Source: Syntrophales bacterium (GTDB lineage: Bacteria; Desulfobacterota; Syntrophia; Syntrophales; UBA8958). From it: a DNA stretch of 64,000 nt. Of the stretch, positions 38,485-46,646 are shown in pieces (positions within the stretch are counted from its first letter, which is position 1; each line of letters opens with the position of its first letter). The notes below the pieces were generated by a model. That model searched no databases. It was given only the letters and a program-made list of their open reading frames with translations, and was not told where the DNA came from. The DNA is taken from NCBI GenBank assembly GCA_035448805.1, contig DAOTJR010000012.1:1906-65905 (forward strand), written 5' to 3'. The position numbers and the translations under genes are program-made.

Positions 38485-39141
38485 ATGATCGATCTTCATA
38501 CCCATTCGCTTTTCAGTGACGGCGAGCTGATTCCGGCGGAATTGGTGCGGCGGGCCAAAGTCAAGGGTTATCGGGCCATCGCCGTTACCGATCACGGCGA
38601 CGGGTCGAACATAGATTTTATCGTTCCCCGCATCGCCCGCGTCGCCCGATCCCTGGGTGTCGCCAACGGGCTGGAGGTGATCTGCGGTATCGAGCTTACC
38701 CATGTGCCGCCTGGAGATATCGCCCCTCTCGCGGCGGAGGCGAGGGCGCTGGGGGCGCGGATCGTGATCGTCCACGGAGAGACGATCGCCGAGCCTGTGG
38801 CGCCGGGAACCAACCGGGCGGCACTGGAGGCGGGGGTGGACATTCTGGCCCACCCGGGTTTGATCACCGGGGAAGAGGTTGCCCTGGCGGCTTCCCGGGG
38901 GATATATCTGGAGGTGACGACGCGCCGGGGACACAGCCTCACCAACGGTCATGTAGTCAAGACGGCGAGGCAGCACGGGGCACCACTGGTCATGAACACC
39001 GACACCCACGGGCCTCAGGATCTGGTGTCGCGTGAACAGGCCGTCCTCATCGCCCGGGGGGCGGGCATGACGAACGATGAGATTGCCGTGATGTTTGCTA
39101 ACGCGGAATCATTGCTTAAAAAGGCGGGGGACATTCCATGA
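38485..39141 (+). CDS. PHP-domain metal-dependent phosphoesterase (histidinol-phosphatase-like)
   Basis: DLHTHS..SDG, VTDH, IELTH, VHGE, LAHPG, NTDTH metal ligands. Confidence 0.9.
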   Translation: MIDLHTHSLFSDGELIPAELVRRAKVKGYRAIAVTDHGDGSNIDFIVPRIARVARSLGVANGLEVICGIELTHVPPGDIAPLAAEARALGARIVIVHGETIAEPVAPGTNRAALEAGVDILAHPGLITGEEVALAASRGIYLEVTTRRGHSLTNGHVVKTARQHGAPLVMNTDTHGPQDLVSREQAVLIARGAGMTNDEIAVMFANAESLLKKAGDIP

Positions 39142-39157
39142 CAGGTGAACGGATACT

Positions 39158-40426
39158 GTGGTTACAGAAAATGAAAAGCGGAATGGCCGTCTGAAGATAT
39201 GCTTGCTGACCTATCGGGGTAATCCAACATGCGGCGGCCAGGGTGTTTACATAAACTATCTGAGCCGCGCCCTGCGTGATCTCGGTCACCGGGTCGAAGT
39301 GATCTCCGGTCCTCCTTATCCGGTCCTGGCCGAAGGTGTCAAACTTCACAAACTGCCCGGGCTCGATCTCTACAACCCCGATCATCTCTTCACGGTGCAG
39401 CGCCTGCGGGATCTTATTTCGCCGCTCAACCAGATCGAGTACGTTTCCATGTGCGCCGGGGGGTTCCCCGAACCCTTCACCTTCGGCTGGCGGGTTTTCA
39501 ACTATCTGCGTTCCCGGCGACCGGCCTACGATATCGTCCACGATAACCAGTGCCTGGCATACGGTTTGCTTGGCCTGCCCGCCCTGGGCTTTCCCACTCT
39601 GGCGACGATTCACCACCCCATTACCGTAGACCGGGACGTGGAACTGCAGGCGACCCGGGGGATCCTGAAAAAGATCAAGATCCACCGGTGGTATTCCTTC
39701 CTCCGGATGCAAAAGCGGGTGACAAGGCGACTGGCGCGGATCATTACCGTCTCGGAATGTTCCAAGCGGGACATCAGTAAGGATTTTCAAGTCACCGCCC
39801 ATAAATTCCGGGTGGTTCCCAATGGCATCAATACGGACTATTTCTATCCCTTGGGGAATGTCACCCGGGGGCCGCACCACCTTCTCACGACCAACAGCGC
39901 CGATACCCCTTTGAAGGGCCTCCGCTATCTTCTCGAGGCCGTGAAGATCCTCCGGGAGAAACGTCCTATCCATTTGACCGTCATCGGTGAACCAAAGAAG
40001 GACGGCGCGATCGAGGGGCTGGTGAGGGAGTGGCGGCTTCAGGAACAAGTCCGCTTTACCGGGCGGATCGCTTACGAAGAATTCGCGCGCTACTATGCCG
40101 AATGCACCATGGCGGTAATCCCCTCCCTCTATGAAGGTTTCGGAATGCCCGCGGGCGAGGCGATGGCCTGTGGGGTCCCCGTGATCAGCACCACCGGCGG
40201 CGCCCTGCCGGAAGTGGTAGGGGAGGCGGGGATTCTTGTCCCTCCCGGAGACAGCTCTGCCCTGGTCGAGGCCATCACCGACCTGCTGGACAATCCCCGG
40301 AAACGGGAAGAACTGGGCCGGGCCGGGCTGCAACGGGTCATGAATTCCCTCACCTGGGAACACGCCGCGCGAAAAACCGTTGACGTCTATCGGGAAACCA
40401 TTCATGCTCACCGTAGATTTCAGTAA
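39158..40426 (+). CDS. GT4 glycosyltransferase, ManT-like (putative alpha-mannosyltransferase)
   Basis: CGGQGVY, GFPEP.TF, DIVHDNQ, TIHHPIT.D, RWYSF..MQ, SAD.PLKG, IPSLYEGFGMPAGEAMA; matches the mycobacterial ManT family as I recall it. Confidence 0.85.
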   Translation: MVTENEKRNGRLKICLLTYRGNPTCGGQGVYINYLSRALRDLGHRVEVISGPPYPVLAEGVKLHKLPGLDLYNPDHLFTVQRLRDLISPLNQIEYVSMCAGGFPEPFTFGWRVFNYLRSRRPAYDIVHDNQCLAYGLLGLPALGFPTLATIHHPITVDRDVELQATRGILKKIKIHRWYSFLRMQKRVTRRLARIITVSECSKRDISKDFQVTAHKFRVVPNGINTDYFYPLGNVTRGPHHLLTTNSADTPLKGLRYLLEAVKILREKRPIHLTVIGEPKKDGAIEGLVREWRLQEQVRFTGRIAYEEFARYYAECTMAVIPSLYEGFGMPAGEAMACGVPVISTTGGALPEVVGEAGILVPPGDSSALVEAITDLLDNPRKREELGRAGLQRVMNSLTWEHAARKTVDVYRETIHAHRRFQ

Positions 40427-41108
40427 ACTGGAACTCAAGCCGGGCATGAAGGTCCTCGATGCCGGTTGCGGGTTGGGGCGCCATGTCGGCGAAGTTTTTC
40501 GTCGGGAAGGGATTGATGTCTGTGCCGTGGATTTGCGCTGGGACGACCTTTGCCGGACGAAAGGCCTCCTGTTCCATATGGCGGCTCAGAAAGGCGGGCG
40601 GTGGGCGGTCCTCCAGAGCGATGTCTTAGCGCTCCCCTTCAGGGATGCCGCCTTCGATGTGGTGATCTGCTCCGAAGTGCTTGAACACATTAAGGAAGGC
40701 AGGAGGGCGGTCGAAGAGATCGTCCGCATACTCAAACCGGGCGGCGAGCTGGTGGTAAGTGTCCCCAGGTATCTTCCGGAACGGATCTGCTGGCTTCTGT
40801 CCCGTTCCTACCATGAAGAACCGGGGGGACATGTCCGGATCTTCAGGCAGCGCGAACTGCAGCGGCTGCTGGAGGATGCCGGAACGGCATGTACGGCCGT
40901 GCGGTACAAGCACGCCCTCCATGCCCCTTACTGGTGGCTCCGTTGTCTGGTGGGACACAAGAACGAAGGCCATCCCCTCGTGAGGCTTTACCGGGAATTT
41001 CTCGAATGGGATATCATGACCCATCCGCCGTTAGTCCGGACTCTGGAGCGGCTTCTGGACCCACTTATCGCCAAGAGCGTCGTCTATTACATGAAGAAGG
41101 GATATTGA
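40404..41108 (+). CDS. Class I SAM-dependent methyltransferase (putative 3-O-methyltransferase of an MMP-like cluster)
   Basis: MLTVDF, VLDAGCG.GRH, SEVLEHI, VSVPR..PERICW.LS..YH..PGGHVRIF, HALH.PYWWL, WDIM. Confidence 0.85.
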   Translation: MLTVDFSKLELKPGMKVLDAGCGLGRHVGEVFRREGIDVCAVDLRWDDLCRTKGLLFHMAAQKGGRWAVLQSDVLALPFRDAAFDVVICSEVLEHIKEGRRAVEEIVRILKPGGELVVSVPRYLPERICWLLSRSYHEEPGGHVRIFRQRELQRLLEDAGTACTAVRYKHALHAPYWWLRCLVGHKNEGHPLVRLYREFLEWDIMTHPPLVRTLERLLDPLIAKSVVYYMKKGY

Positions 41109-41111
41109 GCT

Positions 41112-42173
41112 ATGAAACTGGCTGTGGAACCGAGTCCGGAACCACTGGTTGTCGATGTGGAAGGACTGGCCGCGTTCATTATGAAGGTCCAGAAGGAAAA
41201 CGGCGAGATACCATGGTCGGAAGGGGGAAAGACCGATCCCTGGGACCATGTGGAAAGCGCCATGGGACTGAGCGTGGCCGGAAAGATCGCCGCGGCGGAG
41301 CGGGCCTACGCCTGGATGGCGGCGACGCAACTGCCCGACGGCAGCTGGTGGTCCGCCGTCCGGAACGGTATTGTTGAAGACGGCACCCGGGAAAGCAATT
41401 TTGCGGCTTATATCGCCGTCGGGGTCTGGCATCATTATCTGATCACCGGCGACACGGATTTTCTGCGGCGTCTCTGGCCGACGGTGAAGGCGGGATTGAA
41501 CTATGCCCTGGGTCTGCAGGCGCCGGAAGGAGAGATATACTGGGCGAGGAACGCGGAAGGGAAGATAGATCCCATGGCCCTGCTGACCGGATCGAGTTCC
41601 ATCTACATGTCTCTGAAATGCGGGTTGAGCATCGCCGATCGCCTTGGGGTGCGAGCAGCTTCCTGGCACCGGGCCTGGGAGCGTCTCGGCCGGGCGCTCG
41701 CCGATCCCCCCAGCCACTTCAACATGATCAAGGCCCGCTTTTCCATGGACTGGTACTATCCGGTCCTTTGCGGGGCCATGAATGACCGGACAGCGAAAAA
41801 AAGGATCGAGCGCTTCTGGGACAAGTTCGCCGTTCCGGGCTGGGGGGTGCGCTGCGTCTGCGACCGGCCGTGGGTGACCATGGCCGAAACCTCGGAACTG
41901 GTCCTGACCCTGACGGCGGTCGAGGCCTTCGAGGAGGCCGAGCGGGTGTTCTCCTGGATCAGCGACAAGAGATACGAAGACGGCGTTTATTGGATGGGCG
42001 TCACATTTCCGGACACCGTTGTCTGGCCCGACGAAAAGACGACCTGGACGGCGGCAGCGGTCCTTCTGGCCTATGACGCCCTGAGAAACATCACCCCGGC
42101 GGCCCGTCTTTTCAGTCATCGCTCCTGGGAGGGAGGTCGTTGGTGCGGATCGGAGCGGTGCGTCGCCGGATGA
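41112..42173 (+). CDS. (alpha/alpha)-barrel glycoside hydrolase-like protein, MmpH-like (this family is often auto-annotated 'prenyltransferase')
   Basis: DPWDHVE, YIAVGVWHH, LLTGSSS, RFSMDWYYPVL, GVRCV.DRPWVT.AET.E, YWMG, TTWTAAAV. Confidence 0.75.
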   Translation: MKLAVEPSPEPLVVDVEGLAAFIMKVQKENGEIPWSEGGKTDPWDHVESAMGLSVAGKIAAAERAYAWMAATQLPDGSWWSAVRNGIVEDGTRESNFAAYIAVGVWHHYLITGDTDFLRRLWPTVKAGLNYALGLQAPEGEIYWARNAEGKIDPMALLTGSSSIYMSLKCGLSIADRLGVRAASWHRAWERLGRALADPPSHFNMIKARFSMDWYYPVLCGAMNDRTAKKRIERFWDKFAVPGWGVRCVCDRPWVTMAETSELVLTLTAVEAFEEAERVFSWISDKRYEDGVYWMGVTFPDTVVWPDEKTTWTAAAVLLAYDALRNITPAARLFSHRSWEGGRWCGSERCVAG

Positions 42174-42385
42174 AGCGGCCCTTCCGGTGATCGACCCCGC
42201 CGTTTGCAAGAGGGACTTGCCCATGGGCGGAAAGAGACGCGGTGCGGGCCGGAACAGAGACCGCCGTGTCACCGGCAGCATCGGTATCGGCGCGGCGGAA
42301 GTTACGAAGCTTTTCCGGTCCTTCGCCCCGGCCGGGGAGGGGGGACGGCGGGTATCGGCGCCGCCGCCGGGGCATTGATGAATTT

Positions 42386-43108
42386 ATGAGAAGAGATACG
42401 AGGCCGTACCGGCTCAAACGACTGCACCTCCTTTGGCAACGCCTGTATGCGGAGCACTTTCTCCGTCCCCAGTTCGATCATTTGGGGGTGGAGCCGTTGT
42501 TCATGAAACCATGGTACGTCGAAGTCTTCGGCGGGTCGGTTTCTCTGGGAGATTATGCCCACGTCATCGCCGCCCCCGACAAGCGGGTGCGGCTCACCGT
42601 CTGGTCGAACTTTGCCGGGCAGGGTAAAATAGACATCGGCAACTGCTGTCTGATCTGTCCGGGCGTCCGGGTCAGCGCGGCCCGGGAAATAACCATCGGC
42701 GACAGTTGCATGCTGGCCCAGGGGGTGTTCATAACCGATTCGGACTGGCATGGCATTTACGACCGCAGCCTCTCCGTGGGACAAAGTGCGCCGGTGCGCA
42801 TCGCGGCCAATGTCTGGATCGGCGACAGCGCCATGATCTGTAAGGGTGTCAAAATCGGTGAAAATTCGATCATCGGGGCGGGATCCGTGGTCTTGCGGGA
42901 CATCCCGGCGAATGTCATAGCCGGCGGCAACCCCGCGACGGTGCTCAAGACCCTCGACCGGGAGCGGCACATGAAAACCCGGGCGGACTGGCTTGCCCGG
43001 CCGGACCGGCTGGCGGCCGAATTCGACGCCATCGACCGGCACCTTATGAAGGGAAATACCTGGAGCGGCTGGTTTCGGTCGCTGGTGTGGCCCGGTCGTC
43101 AGGATTGA
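42386..43108 (+). CDS. Hexapeptide-repeat (left-handed beta-helix) O-acyltransferase
   Basis: IDIGNCCLI, ITIGDSCML, ITDSDWH, VWIGDSAMICKGVKIGENSIIGAGSVV..DIP..VIAGGNPA. Confidence 0.88.
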   Translation: MRRDTRPYRLKRLHLLWQRLYAEHFLRPQFDHLGVEPLFMKPWYVEVFGGSVSLGDYAHVIAAPDKRVRLTVWSNFAGQGKIDIGNCCLICPGVRVSAAREITIGDSCMLAQGVFITDSDWHGIYDRSLSVGQSAPVRIAANVWIGDSAMICKGVKIGENSIIGAGSVVLRDIPANVIAGGNPATVLKTLDRERHMKTRADWLARPDRLAAEFDAIDRHLMKGNTWSGWFRSLVWPGRQD

Positions 43109-43132
43109 TGCACGGAAAGAAGAAGGTCTAAA

Positions 43133-44734
43133 ATGAAAGTCGCCATCATCGCCCCGCCTTATCCCCTTGCCGAGGCCCCCGCGCCGCCCCTGGGGGTGAG
43201 TTATGTCGCCGCCGCTTTCCTTGCCGCCGGGGCGGAGGTGCGGGTCTTCGATTACATCGTCCGGCGGTATACCGAAGCGAAACTTCAAGCTGAGCTCGAC
43301 AGTTTTCAACCCGACATCGTAGGCGCCACATCCGTCACCCTGAATTTTCCCGGCGCCGCCGCGATCCTCACGGCGGTCAAGCGGTACCGGCCCGAAGTCG
43401 TCACGGTTATGGGGGGGCCCCATGTTTCGTTTACGGCGGCTGCGACCCTGCAGGCCTATCCCGGCATCGATATAATCGTCATGGGGGAGGGGGAGGAGAC
43501 GATCAATGAACTGGTAAATGCCGAATTTGACGAAAGAAAGCTCTCCATGATCAGAGGAATTGCCTACCGGAGCAACGGGGAGCCGGTGGTCAATGAAGCC
43601 CGGGCCTTCATCGCCGACCTGGATGCGTTACCGTTGCCCGCCCGGCACCTCCTGCCCCTTTCCCGTTACCGCGCCCTGGGCTATCCGATCAGCATCATTA
43701 CCGGGCGCGGTTGCCCTTACAAATGTATCTTCTGTCAGGGCCGCCGCATGGTGGGCGCCAAGATCAGAAGCCGGTCCGCATCCCTCGTCGTCGATGAAAT
43801 AGAAGAAATCATGTCCTACGGGATCGACCGCATCAACGTCGCCGACGATCTCTTTGTCACGGACAGGAAAAAGGTGCGCGCGGTTTGCGATGAAATCAGG
43901 CGGCGGGGATTGCGTTTCTCCTGGAGCGCCTTTGCCCGGGTCAACACCGTGGATCGGGAGACCCTTGAAATCATGAAGGCCACAGGATGCGACAGCATCA
44001 GCTTCGGTGTCGAATCGGGGAACCCGGAGATGCTGATCCGGATCAAGAAGAAGATCACCCTCCCTCAGGTTCGCCGTGCTGTCCGGCTATGCCAGGATGT
44101 CGGTATCCTGCCCCATACCTCCTTTGTGGTGGGTCTGCCCGGGGAATCGCCGGAAACCCTTGCGGACACGAGGAAATTTGCGTCTTCCCTGGGATCGTTA
44201 TATGGTTATCATATCCTGGCACCCTTTCCCGGCACGACCGTCCGGGAACGGGTGGCGGAATACGACCTGGAGATCCTGACCGACGACTGGACCCGCTACG
44301 ATGCCAACCGGGCCATTACCCGTACTTCCCGGTTAAGACCGGAAGACATTGATGCCTTTGTGGATGAATTCGAAGGGGAAATCATGAAGGGTTGGCATAA
44401 ACAGGTCCGCAATTATCAGACCGGCGCCAATTCCCCGGCGGAGGATCTGCAGGTGGCGGGTTATTTTCGTACCCAGTTCGTCTATCGCCTCCTCTCCGAG
44501 GATTTGATCGAAAGGTTGGGGGAGGACGAGGTCGGGGAGGACGAAGCGGGATCGGAAGAGCGACTGTGCCGGCGTCTCATCGCGACGACGGGTACTGACG
44601 AAGCATTGGTGCGGCGGGCCGTCGCCGATTTCATCTCCCGGGGCTTCATCAAGTACGGGACACGGGTGGGAATACCAGGGGGAAAACCGGGCTGGTTCTG
44701 GACCCACAACAACAAGATCGATTCCCTGTCGTGA
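43133..44734 (+). CDS. Cobalamin-binding radical SAM enzyme (class B architecture)
   Basis: N-terminal PLGVSYVAA...VMGGPHVS...GEGE B12-binding region; GRGCPYKCIFC; ADDLF; ISFGVESG. Confidence 0.93.
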   Translation: MKVAIIAPPYPLAEAPAPPLGVSYVAAAFLAAGAEVRVFDYIVRRYTEAKLQAELDSFQPDIVGATSVTLNFPGAAAILTAVKRYRPEVVTVMGGPHVSFTAAATLQAYPGIDIIVMGEGEETINELVNAEFDERKLSMIRGIAYRSNGEPVVNEARAFIADLDALPLPARHLLPLSRYRALGYPISIITGRGCPYKCIFCQGRRMVGAKIRSRSASLVVDEIEEIMSYGIDRINVADDLFVTDRKKVRAVCDEIRRRGLRFSWSAFARVNTVDRETLEIMKATGCDSISFGVESGNPEMLIRIKKKITLPQVRRAVRLCQDVGILPHTSFVVGLPGESPETLADTRKFASSLGSLYGYHILAPFPGTTVRERVAEYDLEILTDDWTRYDANRAITRTSRLRPEDIDAFVDEFEGEIMKGWHKQVRNYQTGANSPAEDLQVAGYFRTQFVYRLLSEDLIERLGEDEVGEDEAGSEERLCRRLIATTGTDEALVRRAVADFISRGFIKYGTRVGIPGGKPGWFWTHNNKIDSLS

Positions 44735-44857
44735 AGATGTTGTTTGCCGCCCTCCCGGGGGTATCTCCGTGTCGTTAGGGCCGCAAATATTCGTCTCTTG
44801 TTGTCACCGCCGCCCGGTTCCGGGGGGGCAAACCAATGCCGTGAATACGGCGCCGCT

Positions 44858-44968
44858 GTTGCAACCTGATTTGATTTCCCGCTACCGGTTCAGCTGAGGC
44901 CGCGGGCGGTTTCCGCGCTACCATCACGGTCGTTGCAATCTGATTTGATTCCCCGCTACCGGTTCAAC
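44858..44968. repeat. Two 37-bp direct repeats separated by a 37-bp unique spacer; the second copy overlaps the 3' end of the MeT1-like gene
   Basis: GTTGCAACCTGATTTGATTTCCCGCTACCGGTTCAGC (44858-44894) vs GTTGCAATCTGATTTGATTCCCCGCTACCGGTTCAAC (44932-44968); 3 mismatches. Confidence 0.85.
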
Positions 44969-45639
44969 TTTTCCCAGACGGCAAGAGCGGAGGGAGGTAG
45001 TGAATCGCCGCCGGTCTTGCGGAGCACTCCCAGGCTGCGGGTCATGGGCAATTCACTGAAAAGTCCGGAAGCCAGGGCCAATCTGTAGATCAGGTGCGGG
45101 GCCTGTCCCCCGTCGGCGGCGGTGAAAAAGATGTCATGGATCGCCAGCACCCCGCCCGGCAGGAGATGGGAGGCCCAGGCGGAATAATCGGCATAGGCGG
45201 CCGCCAAGGTATGGCTGCCGTCGATGAAGACGAAACTCAAGGGGGTACGCCAGGCGCGGGCGACCAGGGAGGCGGGGGCGACGATAGGCACGACGGTGTC
45301 GGTCAATTGCAGTTCCTCCATGGTCCTTCTGAACAGGGGGAAGGTGTCGACGCGGCCGGTCCGGTTGTCGAAGATATCCGGATCGAAATACTCCTCTCCG
45401 GGCTGTTGTTCCTCCGAGCCCCGATGGTGGTCGATGGAAAAAAGAACCGCACGGTGCTGTCGGCAGGCCAGGCCGATGAAGGCCGCCGACTTCCCGCAAT
45501 AGCTGCCGATCTCCAGACAGGGGCCATGCCGGCTCACCTCGCCGGCCAGTTCATAGAGGCGGATGGCTTCCTCATCATGAAGAAAACCCTTGATATTCTT
45601 AACTAAAAGATCGGCGACGGAAGTATCTGTTCTTTGCAC
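44956..45639 (-). CDS. Methyltransf_24-family SAM methyltransferase, MeT1-like (putative 1-O-methyltransferase)
   Basis: KGFL...E, LEIGSYCGKS, IDHHRGSEEQQPGEEYFDP, VARAWRTPLSFVFIDGSH, AIHDIF...DGGQAP..IY.LAL. Confidence 0.88.
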   Translation of the reverse strand: MQRTDTSVADLLVKNIKGFLHDEEAIRLYELAGEVSRHGPCLEIGSYCGKSAAFIGLACRQHRAVLFSIDHHRGSEEQQPGEEYFDPDIFDNRTGRVDTFPLFRRTMEELQLTDTVVPIVAPASLVARAWRTPLSFVFIDGSHTLAAAYADYSAWASHLLPGGVLAIHDIFFTAADGGQAPHLIYRLALASGLFSELPMTRSLGVLRKTGGDSLPPSALAVWEKLNR

Positions 45640-45675
45640 CTGAAGATTCGCCCTCTTAAAAAATCGTTTTCATTT

Positions 45676-46464
45676 CTATCTTACCGGGCTGAAAACCGTT
45701 CCGTCGGGCATGATTTCCACCAGACGATCGTTCCGGGTGTCCACTTTGGTGAGGATGGCCGGGACCTTTTTGCCGGGGGCGGCGGCCAGAACCGCCTCGA
45801 TGCTGCGATAAGCCGCCAGCTCCCGGAGGGTCATGATCGTGGGGAGGACCATGGGGAACCGATCGGCGGCATATTCCGTCAGGGCGCGTCGGGGAGTGAT
45901 CCAGACATGGCCGGTCAACTCCACCCCGTCCGGGCATGCGGATTGATCTTCCGGGGCCCGGGTCACGAAAAAGCGGACATCATAACGTAACGGCAGGAAT
46001 TCCGGCGTAATCCAGTGGGCAAAATATTCCAGGCGATCACAGGCCAAAACCAACCGCTCTTCCCTGACCAGCTCGTTAAAGTTTTTCTCCCCGGCCAGGA
46101 GCCGGCGGCGGAGAAATGCCAGCCTGTCCTGCGGGACCGGGGTATGGGCCAGAAGGATACCCGTTTCTTCGAAGGTTTCCCTAACCGCGGCCACCCAGGC
46201 ACCACAGGCCAATTCGGCATTGGGCATGTCACCGAGGATCCGGAGGGCCGTCTCCCTGTCCCGGCCCCGGCAATAGGGGAGCAACTCCGGAGCGCAGTCT
46301 TCTTCATCAATACATCCTCCTGGAAACACGTAACATTCAGGTACGAAAGCGCTGTCCGGATGACGATGGACCATCAGGACTTCGAAGGGGCCGTCTCCGG
46401 CCCCGGCTTCGGGTCGCATGATGATGACCGTCGCTGCCTCCTTGGGGGTGGCGATGCTATGCAA
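45676..46464 (-). CDS. Nudix hydrolase, NUDT19/RP2-like
   Basis: AATVIIMR, YVFPGG.ID.ED, AAVRETFEETGILLA, AHWITP...RYDVRFF, PTIMTL. Confidence 0.85.
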   Translation of the reverse strand: MHSIATPKEAATVIIMRPEAGAGDGPFEVLMVHRHPDSAFVPECYVFPGGCIDEEDCAPELLPYCRGRDRETALRILGDMPNAELACGAWVAAVRETFEETGILLAHTPVPQDRLAFLRRRLLAGEKNFNELVREERLVLACDRLEYFAHWITPEFLPLRYDVRFFVTRAPEDQSACPDGVELTGHVWITPRRALTEYAADRFPMVLPTIMTLRELAAYRSIEAVLAAAPGKKVPAILTKVDTRNDRLVEIMPDGTVFSPVR

Positions 46465-46646
46465 GTGAGATCCTCCCTGTTTACGTAATTCGACATATCC
46501 TAAATATTGCCATCCTGCAATCCCAAAGCCGCCCGGAGGGGTTTTTTCTTGACAACAACAGGGCTAAAGTTTATTCAAAACCCGTCTTTCCGGGAGTTGT
46601 AACAAAAAAAACCATACATCATAACGATTAAGAAAAAATTAGAGCC

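Noticed and set aside
41112-44734. Hopanoid/terpene or RiPP interpretation of the 'prenyltransferase' plus B12 radical SAM genes
   Set aside because: No DxDD or QW cyclase motifs, no adjacent precursor peptide or RRE recognised; the ManT/MeT1-like neighbours fit a glycan pathway better
44824-44850. GGGCAAACC and GGTAGCGGGG words reminiscent of a c-di-GMP-I riboswitch
   Set aside because: They lie on opposite strands, the GAAA tetraloop and GACGCAAAGC core are missing, and the region is downstream of convergent genes
44858-44968. Calling a bona fide CRISPR array
   Set aside because: Only two clear repeats, one overlapping a coding 3' end, and no cas genes or leader; kept as a repeat and flagged as a finding
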